Shown in pieces: positions 17,905 through 28,281 of a DNA stretch of 64,000 nt. The position numbers and the translations under genes were made by a program. A model generated the notes under the pieces. The model worked only from the letters and a program-made list of their open reading frames with translations. It made no database searches and was not told the origin of the DNA. How positions within the stretch are numbered: the stretch's first letter is position 1; each line of letters begins with the position of its first letter. The stretch is from a virus, in IMG/VR virus record IMGVR_UViG_3300019850_000208, positions 44,575 to 108,574 of that record; one strand, given 5' to 3'.

Positions 17905-19458
17905 TTATGCTGGGTTAGCATAGTTACGTTCATCAGGCGCATTAACCGGGAATGTTAACCCAGTTGCTCTTGTGATCGTAAATTCTGCCTCAACCCACTC
18001 AGAACTACCTAAACCCATTGCGATGACTACAACATCGGCATCGGTACCAGACGATCTGCCACCCTGCACATTTGTATCATAATCAAAGCTGAATGTAATG
18101 TTTTGCTGTGATACCTGGCCAGTAATGTCAAGACTATCACCATCATCTACAATAATGGCATTAGTTGTATCATACTGATTACCATTAGCATTTTTAAAGA
18201 ACATTGTGTAAACTGTATTAGCATTAGTTTCATTAACAAGATTAGATGAGAATACTAGAGTGCCAGCAGAAACAAATGGAAATGTTCTTTTTGTGCTTGT
18301 TGCAGGTACAGATTCAGTATCTAAGCCACCACCATCAGCTGTGATGTCAAAAAACTCAATTCTGTTCTGGTCGTTGACGTTAAAATCATCAACATAGACG
18401 CCAGGTTGAGTTTGTAGTGTGTCACCTAAGAAGCCTAATAATAATACAGCAACATTGCCATTGACAGTACCAAAGTTATCGCCATTGTCATTAGAGTTTA
18501 TATTTGAATTTTTTCTGAGCTGCCTCTCAGCCCATTCGTAAATCTGTTCAGCTGTGGGGTTGGTGCCTGTACCGGTATTCGCATCAATTATTCTATTGAA
18601 TGCATACCAATTAGTACCAATCTGTCGCTCGCCAGGATATCTCTCCCAATTAGCTGTTGGAGTTGTTGGCTCTTCACTGTTAGAATCTGTAAGAGATCTC
18701 CACCATCTACCGCCGTTTGTGACTACATCATCTGTGTCATAGGAACCAGCCGCCCAGCTTGTAAAACCGGAGCCATTAAGGAAATCAAGCGACATAGTCG
18801 TATAAGGTGTTGTAGTATCAATATCGTTGTCGGTATGAGTTACCTTAATGTCTGTAGCATTGGCAAGAGGCAATCTATACACAGCATAATCAAGAGCTGA
18901 TAAATCCTGATCAACAAGAAGATTAGTTTCTGAATATAACTTAGCCTCTTCGCGAAGATATACTTTTAGGAAACCAGTGTAATCATTTGTGCCATCATAG
19001 ATTCGAATTGCCTCATTGAGCTCGCCTGTTTTATCAAAATTAACAACGGATTGATCGAAACCAGTGATTTGCTGATAGTATGCTTGATCACTATTCGGAT
19101 CATTCATATCACCCAATGATATAATGCCAGCATATTCGTCATCATTCAAGATCTCATGCCAGCCACCATCACGGATTAAATTTCTAGTTTGCTGATCGGC
19201 CCAGTCCCAGTTATTGATAACATCCATTTTTGCCTCAGTAATTGCCTTGAGCGGAAACTTAAATTTGTTATAACTCGGATTAGATTGCCAGACTTCTTTC
19301 AAGAATGAATATATCGCTTGAAGGGTAACGCCTGAGGTTTTACCCGGGCTATTATCATCTAAGTTACCTGCTCCAAGTAGCTGAATTGTTTTTGCATTAG
19401 CATCAACAACAATCTCTGTAGCTAAATTCAGCTGATCAGGATCAACAATTTTAGCCAT
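17905..19458 (-). CDS. Virion structural protein with an inserted CBM5/12-like module
   Basis: 517 aa; WAAGSYDTDDVVTNGGRWWRSL...EEP...W resembles a chitin-binding type-3 motif. Confidence 0.65.
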   Translation of the reverse strand: MAKIVDPDQLNLATEIVVDANAKTIQLLGAGNLDDNSPGKTSGVTLQAIYSFLKEVWQSNPSYNKFKFPLKAITEAKMDVINNWDWADQQTRNLIRDGGWHEILNDDEYAGIISLGDMNDPNSDQAYYQQITGFDQSVVNFDKTGELNEAIRIYDGTNDYTGFLKVYLREEAKLYSETNLLVDQDLSALDYAVYRLPLANATDIKVTHTDNDIDTTTPYTTMSLDFLNGSGFTSWAAGSYDTDDVVTNGGRWWRSLTDSNSEEPTTPTANWERYPGERQIGTNWYAFNRIIDANTGTGTNPTAEQIYEWAERQLRKNSNINSNDNGDNFGTVNGNVAVLLLGFLGDTLQTQPGVYVDDFNVNDQNRIEFFDITADGGGLDTESVPATSTKRTFPFVSAGTLVFSSNLVNETNANTVYTMFFKNANGNQYDTTNAIIVDDGDSLDITGQVSQQNITFSFDYDTNVQGGRSSGTDADVVVIAMGLGSSEWVEAEFTITRATGLTFPVNAPDERNYANPA

Positions 19459-19482
19459 ATTTTACCCTCCTGTTTTATTACC

Positions 19483-21636
19483 TTACGGATTACTATAATT
19501 TGGGTCGGTTACTTGACTAACCCTTAAATTTGCATTACTGTTTGCTAAAGTGATATTTTCAAAAGTGCCGGATTCCGGCGTATAATTAACATTCCATATT
19601 AATATATCTACAATAATATCTTGGCCCTTGTAGGGGTAAGTATACTGAGTTTCTCCACCAGCGTCTACACTTTCTATATGGTAAAGGACTTCCTGGTCCG
19701 AAACTCTAACGTAAGTTAATTCGGAGCCTGCGGCTATATTTGTTAATGTATGTGTATAGCTCTCTTCAAATATGGTTGCTCCAGGGATTGCACCAGCTTC
19801 TTCTCCAGTATAGGCATTAGAACCATCTAATAGTGTGATTACAATTACGCCGCCAACTCGCACATAGAAGGCGGCATCTTTTCCATTATTGGCCGCCCAA
19901 GTTTCGGTATAAGTTGAAAAGTTACCAGTGTGTGTAGGTGTACTTGCATCTACACCAACATTTATATAATTTGCACCATCTCCACCATTATATTCAAGAG
20001 TAATAACATATTCAGTATCTGCTGTTAAGTCATAGCTATCTGAGAATTCAAAGGTTGTTAGTGTCAATGCTCCTGTCAATGTAGATACATCAAAATTTTG
20101 AGTTGCGGCCAGAGCATTTCCAGTTGGCACACTACTTGTGCCATATGTTCCACTATGAGCATATAATTTTGCAATAGCATTGCCAGTCGGATTTCCGGTC
20201 TTTGAAAGATAAAAGAGCGCATTTGCAATTTTAGCAGGAGAACCTGTTCCAAGTGAGCTAAATGATTGCCCTACTGCAGTAGTGGTTCCATCTCCAAGAT
20301 TTTGAGTTGCATCCTGATTCGCTTCTGAATATGAATCAGCAACTGTCGCAATGCTTGTATTATCTATATCAAAATCATTACCAGTAAATTGTAAATTATA
20401 ATAATTAAATTCTCCGGTTGTATCATGCTGGATAGCATGAGGATCATTTGTAACATCTGTATTAGCGATGAAACTACAATTTTTAATATCTATATTAGGA
20501 TTCCATAATAAGGCTGAGCCATCGCTATTATTATCGGTAGTGCTAGAAAAAGTACAATTACGAATTAATACTGCGCCTACTGGGTCAAATTGCCCGCATT
20601 GATCAACAATAGCTCCTATGAATTCGTGATTTGAATCATTGCCCCAACTAATTCCGCCCATCAGTCTCAAGGTAGTGCCATAGAGTTGAACTAAATTGTT
20701 GGCGTGACTGCCATCATATAAATCAACAGTTGTGACATGCAGATCAGAACCAATAAATGTACTTCCATTTCGGCCACTTGCCGCATCTCCGGAGCCGACC
20801 TTAACGCCATCTTGGAATGTTGTTGCATTCGTAGCATTACCTACTATATCTAATCTCTGAAAACTATTAGATATAGAAAGAGACCATGATGTTCCATTCC
20901 AATATTCTTGGCTTATCCATTTGATAGTGCGTGAGCTATCAGTGAATGTTGTCCCATTAGTTCCAATATTATCACCAACTTCTAATCTACCATAACAGTA
21001 AAAAATGCCTTGAACATCTTGAAGTATGCCATATTTGTTGGCCTTGGTGTTCATGTCAGCATCTGCAACATCTTGCCAACCATCTGTATCAGTGCCATAA
21101 ATTCTTAGGCCCCAGCCAACATCTATTCTATCAATAATTAGGTTCTCGGCTTTTGCGGCGCCTGTAGTATTTATGTAAATTCCGAATAATTGAACAGAAG
21201 CTGTGTTAAATGTTCCAGTTGTCGCCGTTGGTGTAGAGGTTGGATCTATAACCAATCTTATCCAACCACCATTGTATCTATCTAATGTATCATTCCCTAA
21301 TATATACCATTCAGCATAATTATTTGTATCTGTTCCTAACCAAATTCTTAATCCACCGTTTGCGACAGTGTCTATAGCTCCAAGAGTAGTACAGTTCATC
21401 CAGATAAAAATATGCTGACCTGCATAAGTTGTAGTGAAGTCTAACCCAGTTCCATTATCATAGTAAAGGGCACCATCTTTGTTGGAGGCTTTCATTGATA
21501 CAGCATAATCGCCTTGAAGAACAATATCTGTTTCTTGAACAGGTGCACCAAGACCACCATCTCCCATACTGGACCAGCCAGTTGTGTTTTCGGCAGTTGT
21601 TATATTTGTTCCATTGAAGACTACTGTAGCTGCCAT
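19483..21636 (-). CDS. Virion structural / adhesin protein
   Basis: 717 aa; T/G/N-rich, beta-sandwich and beta-helix-like segments. Confidence 0.65.
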   Translation of the reverse strand: MAATVVFNGTNITTAENTTGWSSMGDGGLGAPVQETDIVLQGDYAVSMKASNKDGALYYDNGTGLDFTTTYAGQHIFIWMNCTTLGAIDTVANGGLRIWLGTDTNNYAEWYILGNDTLDRYNGGWIRLVIDPTSTPTATTGTFNTASVQLFGIYINTTGAAKAENLIIDRIDVGWGLRIYGTDTDGWQDVADADMNTKANKYGILQDVQGIFYCYGRLEVGDNIGTNGTTFTDSSRTIKWISQEYWNGTSWSLSISNSFQRLDIVGNATNATTFQDGVKVGSGDAASGRNGSTFIGSDLHVTTVDLYDGSHANNLVQLYGTTLRLMGGISWGNDSNHEFIGAIVDQCGQFDPVGAVLIRNCTFSSTTDNNSDGSALLWNPNIDIKNCSFIANTDVTNDPHAIQHDTTGEFNYYNLQFTGNDFDIDNTSIATVADSYSEANQDATQNLGDGTTTAVGQSFSSLGTGSPAKIANALFYLSKTGNPTGNAIAKLYAHSGTYGTSSVPTGNALAATQNFDVSTLTGALTLTTFEFSDSYDLTADTEYVITLEYNGGDGANYINVGVDASTPTHTGNFSTYTETWAANNGKDAAFYVRVGGVIVITLLDGSNAYTGEEAGAIPGATIFEESYTHTLTNIAAGSELTYVRVSDQEVLYHIESVDAGGETQYTYPYKGQDIIVDILIWNVNYTPESGTFENITLANSNANLRVSQVTDPNYSNP

Positions 21637-22484
21637 TAACTCTCCTCAATCCAACCATTATCTACTGTGTTTCTTGCAACTAAAATGGCCCCATCTAAGG
21701 AGATATTAGCCCATAGTTCCCAAGCCCCCGTGTCCTGATTGAATATAAATGCATGTTTAGATATATCATAACCCTTAATGGCAAACTGGGTATAAGCATA
21801 CATGATGTCTCCGGGAGACAAGCCAATTTTATTCCAACTTCCCAAACGATAAGCTAAAGCACCAGCTAAACAGTACCTGGATGTTATATTTGTCTTATAT
21901 GCTCTGGGCTTTTCGGCGGCATCGGTAGTAATTTTATATATTTCATGTAGTGTCACATTATCTGTTGCTTCCGTATTAGATGTGCCTATACTGTCTCCGC
22001 TGCTATATCCATTTTGAATAGAACCTAAATCATCAGTATCTGGGCCCTTAGTTGCTATAAATCCAGCAAGAGCTAAATTATTAAGGCCTGGCAAACTTCC
22101 CTCTCCGGTATCAGGATTTGATGTGCTTCCTAAATCAACGAATTTTTTAGATCCAAAAACATCAACATTGCTATATTCAAGAACTATGGCCACTTTATAA
22201 GCAGGATATGTTGGTCCTGGCCATGATATTGTGATATCACGAGTTTGACCTCCCGCAATAATTATTGGCCTCGAATTGAGTTGTAAGCATATACCGCCAC
22301 CTAAAATTCTATGCGTAAGTGGAATACCAGAACTGCCCCATGCTATAGTTGGATTCCCATTACCATCTTCGTAGGCATTTGCTATTATGATCATAGAATT
22401 CGCGCCTATAGTGACATCAGAAATCGTAAGATTTGTTGAGCCACTTTGATCTGAAGTATCGCCACGAAATATATGGGTTATCAT
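21636..22484 (-). CDS. Virion structural protein (hypothetical)
   Basis: 282 aa; beta-rich; TAATG coupling to the next gene. Confidence 0.6.
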   Translation of the reverse strand: MITHIFRGDTSDQSGSTNLTISDVTIGANSMIIIANAYEDGNGNPTIAWGSSGIPLTHRILGGGICLQLNSRPIIIAGGQTRDITISWPGPTYPAYKVAIVLEYSNVDVFGSKKFVDLGSTSNPDTGEGSLPGLNNLALAGFIATKGPDTDDLGSIQNGYSSGDSIGTSNTEATDNVTLHEIYKITTDAAEKPRAYKTNITSRYCLAGALAYRLGSWNKIGLSPGDIMYAYTQFAIKGYDISKHAFIFNQDTGAWELWANISLDGAILVARNTVDNGWIEES

Positions 22485-22495
22485 TTTATGCCTTC

Positions 22496-22822
22496 TTATG
22501 CTACTACGTTATCAGATAGTAGTAATAAACGTATTCTTATAGTAAAATCGTTTTCGTTTCCAATAAAAATATTCCTAAATTTAAAATTACCTAATGTCAA
22601 GCTCTCCTCGTTATTATAAATAGGTATTTTATCAAAATCGGTTCTGTGAAATTGTACATAGCAAGGGGCGCTTACATAAATGCTTGCGTCAGTATAAGCA
22701 GCCTGGCTTTTTCTATAATGTTTTCTTCTAACATCATAAACATTGTTAGCTGGCACATCAAACACCAGGCAACGATACAGGTGACTGCCTCTTGGAATAG
22801 TTGATCTCTGGGTGGTTGCCAT
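22496..22822 (-). CDS. Hypothetical protein, paralogue of 16426-16827
   Basis: Shared YVQFH...DKIP...NFKFR motif. Confidence 0.7.
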   Translation of the reverse strand: MATTQRSTIPRGSHLYRCLVFDVPANNVYDVRRKHYRKSQAAYTDASIYVSAPCYVQFHRTDFDKIPIYNNEESLTLGNFKFRNIFIGNENDFTIRIRLLLLSDNVVA

Positions 22823-22830
22823 AGCTCTTC

Positions 22831-24120
22831 TTACCTAATTAGCATCCAAATTTTTGAATTTTCACCATTTTGAAGTACCTTCCCTATTATTGCACCTCTA
22901 TGAAATATTCTTTCTAATATATTCGCCTTGATGGCACTTCCATCCTTATATGATACCAGTTCATCTCCAACTTTTACTTTACCGTTAACTTTGACCTTGA
23001 TCTTGCCTGATAAACCAACTGGTATTTTATTGTCTGACTTATTATCGCCTCCAAGAGCAAAACCGTAATTATCAGAATAAACTCCAATGACTCTAATGTC
23101 AGCTCTTTTATTGGAAATGATAATACTATCACCAACATCAATCATTACGTTTCCTGGCTTTGCAACCGGGCCTTTATAAGGCATGAATTCAGCAAGGTCT
23201 CCATAAACTGCGTTGTAAAATCTGGTGGCATAGAAATATCCATTATATCCCAACACAGTTTCTCCAGTTGGATCGCTTTTATTGTGTTCTAACCAGCCGC
23301 CGGAAGTTGTAATTCTAACTTTACCACCAATCTCAACATTCTGCGCACTTTGGCTTCCAGCCGCGGCGCCCGATTCGCCTGTCCCAATACCAATTCTTGT
23401 GCTGCCGTCAATTCTTGCGCCTTCTATGTAAAGCTCTCCATCTAAATTATTATAAAGGTGTATAGAATCTATTTCTAATTGTGAAAAGCTTCCAGAGTTA
23501 TCAGAATTTACCGTAGACAGTGATTGAATTAAGCCATCATTGGGACCTGTAATTGTTCCATCCGCATTTATTGTACTTGTTGTTGAAATGGCTCCATTAG
23601 AGTTAAGAGTAATTGTACTATTGCCAATATAAACTATGCTGCCATATTTATTGAGATATAATGGCGCACCGGCACCATTATTTCTTGCCATAATTTCATC
23701 ACTATCCAATGTTATATTATATCCACCAACAGCTCCTATAGTAAGTGCCCCATCATGAGAGAAATCACTGTCGGTAGCATCATAAATATATAATTTACCG
23801 GTTTCTTTCAGTTCCATTAAACCGGAGCCACCAGGAAAAGTATCAGTATCTTTTCTCCATTGGAAACTTTCATTCGTGGTGCTATTATCATTATCAATAA
23901 CAAAAATCATACTGTCTTCGGCGGAGATGAAGGAATCACTATAGAAAAATAAGTCGGAGCCAAGTGAGCCATTATTGTGACCTCTTAATTCAATTGCTGT
24001 GCCCACCTTGAAATTGCCTGACACAACATAATTTCCTGTTATTGTGCCTCCACCAGTAGATGATAAAAAAGATTGATTTAAATTCTTATAATTGGCTTCT
24101 GATCCTTTGCTAATTCCCAT
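22831..24120 (-). CDS. Tail fibre with C-terminal autocleaved intramolecular chaperone (peptidase G2-like)
   Basis: YNAVYGDLAEF...PG...VIGVYSD..GF.LG...PVGLSGK..VKV.G.VKVGD.LVS...G.A.KA. Confidence 0.7.
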   Translation of the reverse strand: MGISKGSEANYKNLNQSFLSSTGGGTITGNYVVSGNFKVGTAIELRGHNNGSLGSDLFFYSDSFISAEDSMIFVIDNDNSTTNESFQWRKDTDTFPGGSGLMELKETGKLYIYDATDSDFSHDGALTIGAVGGYNITLDSDEIMARNNGAGAPLYLNKYGSIVYIGNSTITLNSNGAISTTSTINADGTITGPNDGLIQSLSTVNSDNSGSFSQLEIDSIHLYNNLDGELYIEGARIDGSTRIGIGTGESGAAAGSQSAQNVEIGGKVRITTSGGWLEHNKSDPTGETVLGYNGYFYATRFYNAVYGDLAEFMPYKGPVAKPGNVMIDVGDSIIISNKRADIRVIGVYSDNYGFALGGDNKSDNKIPVGLSGKIKVKVNGKVKVGDELVSYKDGSAIKANILERIFHRGAIIGKVLQNGENSKIWMLIR

Positions 24121-24149
24121 AATTACAATTCTCCTATCTATTATTTTTC

Positions 24150-27100
24150 TTAAACTATAATAGACTTAAAACCCTTCGGATAAAATGGCGCATCTGATTT
24201 ATACCATGTCATAATTTCTCTCGGATCACGATTAATGCTATCTAATCTTAATTCATCCATTTTGCCAAAAAGATTTTTATTTATAATGAAACCTTCTGGA
24301 CTATTTGCTACTGATCTATAAGTTTTTGTATATGTTCCATCAGAGCCGCCATTTATATATATTTTGAAGTTATTACTCTGATTCCAACTTCCAGATTGAT
24401 TTACCGGGTTCCATTGCCATTGATAGTAATAGTTCACATTTATCTTTCTTAATTTTCCGCTATTACTTACAAAGTCCCAATCCCAAACATAGAATTCATC
24501 TGGATCAGGATCTGTTACTTTGTAAACCCATCCATTTTGATCAGAAGTATGACCTGCCACAGCTATTCCTAATGCGGCAAGCGTAGGATAAGTGGTAGCC
24601 TGATATTTTTTAGGCTCTTGTGTTACAACAGATACATAGCCATCTTCCCAAACCGTCAAAGCAGACAAATCGGTATACTTATCATAAATCCCATCCGGGG
24701 CTTTCTTTGCCCAATGACCACCATCCCATATCCAATAATCCCCGGTATCCTTGACTTTATATACATAACCATCTTCATTCGCACTTAATGCTGGCAGATC
24801 TCCCTGTGTTGGCACTTCAATCTGAAACCACTGCACACCCAGGAGTGACCATGTCATAGATATAGAAGTCCACGCATCTGTTTGCATGGCGGGCAGAGTA
24901 ATAATTGTATAGTCATTCGCTTGACCTATTATTGCGCGAAATTTGTTCTCTTCATTCATATCTCTTTCAATTTTGCATAGAGTCCAGTACCATTGAGAAG
25001 CTGTGTTATAGGTAAATGATAAAACTGTTGGTCCCTGTATATGAATCCATGAACTACCGTCATACTTCCAATATTCATATGTGTCAACTGTTCTATAAAC
25101 ATTGCCTGTGATTGCTGAGATCCCCGACAAAGCCGTGTAATTCGTCACTTCACCTTGATAATCAATAATATCAATTAAATCTATAGCATACGGTTTTATA
25201 TAGAATGTTAATGTCCCCTCACGCTCATCTGTATGAATATTATAGTTCAAGTTTGTTGTTTGTAGTTTGCCAGATACATAGGTGTCTTTTGATGGTGGCC
25301 CTTCTTCCAGTTTAACATTTTTAATCCATACTGTGCCTGTTGTATCCTCTACGTAATTTGTTGTGTATTGTGTATCCAAAATAGAATTGGAATCAACATC
25401 ATAACCATAATGAGTTTCTTGTAAATAAAAGCTGGTATTAGCTACAGTAGGGATAGCGATCATAACTGTTAATTTATCACCTGAAGAAAATGGCGCCTTA
25501 ATATCAATTGTTTGATTGTCTGAATTTTCAACATAATCATATGTAGTTCCCTTTCTCTGCAACATACCATTTATGAAGACAATCAGCGAATTATCGCCTT
25601 CTGTATATGGTTGAGATGTTTTATAGAGCGTAATGCTTTCATCCATTATGTAATCTTCTCTTACATACTGTTTCGTTCCTGGTCCCGTGCCTGATATATA
25701 TATAATTCTTAAAGTTGTAATTAACTCGCCATGATATGCCGGCAGTATCAGCTGAAACGAATCGCTGAAGTGATTTGTTACATAATCATCTTCCTCTGTC
25801 ATTAATAGGCCATTGCGATAAATATATAGATCATCTTCTGGGTCATATCCGCCTGGCACATTAAATGTAACCTGGCCCGCTGTTGCTGGTAGATAATCAT
25901 ATCTTTCATAGTAGAAACCATTACCAGCAGAAAATATATTTGTGACATAATCTAATACATTTGAGGCATAATCTTCTGACATCGCCATGCCATTAATTAA
26001 TACCATTCTAAACACATTTTCATCTTCTTGAACAGCAAATGAGAACAATGTTTCTGGTGATGCCAATTCCCATGTGTCAGTACTATATTCGTAGTTTGGT
26101 CCCAACACCATAATTGTAATATTATCGCCAGCCGATGGCGCATAAATCAAGCTTACGGTATTATCATTAAGTTCATGGTAATCGTCATCGGCCGAGAGCA
26201 TTTCACCATTTTGGAATACAAGTAGATGCTGCTTATCATTAACATAAGTAATGCCTGTGGGCAGATCAAAATCTGTCTGCCCTGTTCCGGCTTCATATTC
26301 ATATCTATTAATGACGGCGTTTTTCCAGAAGATTACTTTTATTATATCATCTGCCAATAGATTATATGTAAAATTTATTCTCCAAACTGAGGTCTCCAGC
26401 GTAGTATTATAATCTACAGTTTCTTTCAGTAATTGGCCATTACGGAAAACGTGTAATCTATTTGTCGGATCTGATACATAATTGCCTGTTTTAATTGTGT
26501 TAACAGGAGTTACTATTTTGTACATTTCTTCAGCAGCTGCTGAAATAGCAGCGCCGGTGGATATATCGACAAAATGCCGAATTTGGACTTTATTGCCAGA
26601 TAGTACTGGATCATTAAAAGTGATTCTATAGGCTGTTGTATCATAACTGGATGTTGATTTGGATAATATATTAATTATATCATTCGCACCCGGCTGAAAT
26701 TCAAATTCAATCTTATTGTCGTTCAATTCTGTAAAATCATCGCCGCGTTTCAAAAGGATACCATTATAATATACAAATAGAGTTTCAGCTTCTAATAAAT
26801 CAGGTTCTGTTATAACCAATCTATCCATGCTGTTCGTGGCTGTGGTTTTAGATATACCGTTAACTACTATTTTTCTCCAAACATTGTTCAGATAGGTTAT
26901 TTCATCAGCTTCCCATCCAACAGTTTCTGTAAGAGGATTAATAACATTAATTCTGCGAAATCCAATCGGAGCGGTTGATCTGGCGTAAAACGAAAGCGTA
27001 TAGTTTTTATCTGGAGACAAGCCATTTGGCATATCTATTTGGATGATATTTTTAATATTCTGAATGTTATCAAAATACACCTTGAAAGAACCGTCATCAT

Positions 27101-27959
27101 CCTGTTCTACGATTACACTGCCATTTCCACTTGTGCCAACTGACCAAGCTTCTGTCCCATATTTAAGATCTCCATTCCATACCATATTGGTCATAATATC
27201 GGCCAATTCTACTGCGCCGCCAAAATTACCATCATTTTGGTCTATTAAATAGGTTTTTGGGGTTAACTCATTATCGATTAAATTCACATCTCTAAAGAAC
27301 ATTTGCAATTGTCTAATTCCAAATTGCATGTCAGAAGTCAAATTATCGAATTGAATAAATATCCTGGCATATTTTGTATCAGTTGGCCACTTTTCTATGT
27401 CACCTTGATAACTAGATTCTCCTGTTTTGTAGCGATATCCAGAAACATCAATCAATGCCTTGTTATTATATAATTGCCAGCTTAATATGTCAGGCCCTCC
27501 ATAAGGAATTGCTTCATTGTTGATGCACCACTTATCATAATCTACGCCTGATGGTCGGCCCTGTGGAATTTTGGTATTCAGATCAGTATAATTGACTGTT
27601 CCGACTGTAACCCTGTTACTGACAGTGTTATCGTTTATATTAAGAAGATTAATTATGAGAGAAAATTTACTACTTGGATTTATTTCTATAAAATCTTTGC
27701 TTAATAAAGTAAATGTGCCAATAATTCCAGTTATTAATATACTTCCATCATTCTGAATTTCTATATTATTTGTTGTCCCGCCAGTTAGTTCCCATTTATC
27801 GGGATCTAATATCGTATTAAGATCTAAATATCTATCCAGAGCATCATTAACATTAATGTCATAATGCATCAAGGCTTTATTTTCCAAGCCTATTGACATA
27901 ACATGTCGCTGTCGATCTAATATTGATTTAGAATGAGCTAAACTAACCTGACGCGCCAT
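24150..27959 (-). CDS. Large adhesin-like tail protein: CBM-like and LamG domains interrupted by VFxNG and LP-x-GN repeats
   Basis: 1269 aa; NGDL...YTLSFYAR...VWIKNVKLEEG; EGTLTFYIKP...KIYING...DELRL; about six VFxNG...DY modules. Confidence 0.7.
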   Translation of the reverse strand: MARQVSLAHSKSILDRQRHVMSIGLENKALMHYDINVNDALDRYLDLNTILDPDKWELTGGTTNNIEIQNDGSILITGIIGTFTLLSKDFIEINPSSKFSLIINLLNINDNTVSNRVTVGTVNYTDLNTKIPQGRPSGVDYDKWCINNEAIPYGGPDILSWQLYNNKALIDVSGYRYKTGESSYQGDIEKWPTDTKYARIFIQFDNLTSDMQFGIRQLQMFFRDVNLIDNELTPKTYLIDQNDGNFGGAVELADIMTNMVWNGDLKYGTEAWSVGTSGNGSVIVEQDDDGSFKVYFDNIQNIKNIIQIDMPNGLSPDKNYTLSFYARSTAPIGFRRINVINPLTETVGWEADEITYLNNVWRKIVVNGISKTTATNSMDRLVITEPDLLEAETLFVYYNGILLKRGDDFTELNDNKIEFEFQPGANDIINILSKSTSSYDTTAYRITFNDPVLSGNKVQIRHFVDISTGAAISAAAEEMYKIVTPVNTIKTGNYVSDPTNRLHVFRNGQLLKETVDYNTTLETSVWRINFTYNLLADDIIKVIFWKNAVINRYEYEAGTGQTDFDLPTGITYVNDKQHLLVFQNGEMLSADDDYHELNDNTVSLIYAPSAGDNITIMVLGPNYEYSTDTWELASPETLFSFAVQEDENVFRMVLINGMAMSEDYASNVLDYVTNIFSAGNGFYYERYDYLPATAGQVTFNVPGGYDPEDDLYIYRNGLLMTEEDDYVTNHFSDSFQLILPAYHGELITTLRIIYISGTGPGTKQYVREDYIMDESITLYKTSQPYTEGDNSLIVFINGMLQRKGTTYDYVENSDNQTIDIKAPFSSGDKLTVMIAIPTVANTSFYLQETHYGYDVDSNSILDTQYTTNYVEDTTGTVWIKNVKLEEGPPSKDTYVSGKLQTTNLNYNIHTDEREGTLTFYIKPYAIDLIDIIDYQGEVTNYTALSGISAITGNVYRTVDTYEYWKYDGSSWIHIQGPTVLSFTYNTASQWYWTLCKIERDMNEENKFRAIIGQANDYTIITLPAMQTDAWTSISMTWSLLGVQWFQIEVPTQGDLPALSANEDGYVYKVKDTGDYWIWDGGHWAKKAPDGIYDKYTDLSALTVWEDGYVSVVTQEPKKYQATTYPTLAALGIAVAGHTSDQNGWVYKVTDPDPDEFYVWDWDFVSNSGKLRKINVNYYYQWQWNPVNQSGSWNQSNNFKIYINGGSDGTYTKTYRSVANSPEGFIINKNLFGKMDELRLDSINRDPREIMTWYKSDAPFYPKGFKSIIV

Positions 27960-27987
27960 CTTATTATTAATCTCCCATAGAATTTAT

Positions 27988-28281
27988 TTAAGCCGTGATC
28001 CTAATTATCCTTTTTTTTAGCTTGTTTAAGCCTGCCTTACTTACAACGGGAAGCAAGCTGAATAGATATCTGTCTTCATCATCCCATATTTTTATTGGGA
28101 TTTGACGGTCGCTAAACGCCACCCTGTGTGTGTCACCATAATAGACTATAGTCAATGAACCAACCACCGCATCGTCTTTTTTTGTAATGAATATGTAGGA
28201 CTCTAAGTCCAAACTTGCCCTGTTATTTCGGAAAACCATCCCAACTTTGAGATCTTTGAATTTCATTAAACGATAACTCAT
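27988..28281 (-). CDS. Small hypothetical protein inserted between adhesin genes
   Basis: 97 aa; KFKDLKVGMVF start (SH3/KOW-like); ends KLKKRIIRITA. Confidence 0.6.
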   Translation of the reverse strand: MSYRLMKFKDLKVGMVFRNNRASLDLESYIFITKKDDAVVGSLTIVYYGDTHRVAFSDRQIPIKIWDDEDRYLFSLLPVVSKAGLNKLKKRIIRITA

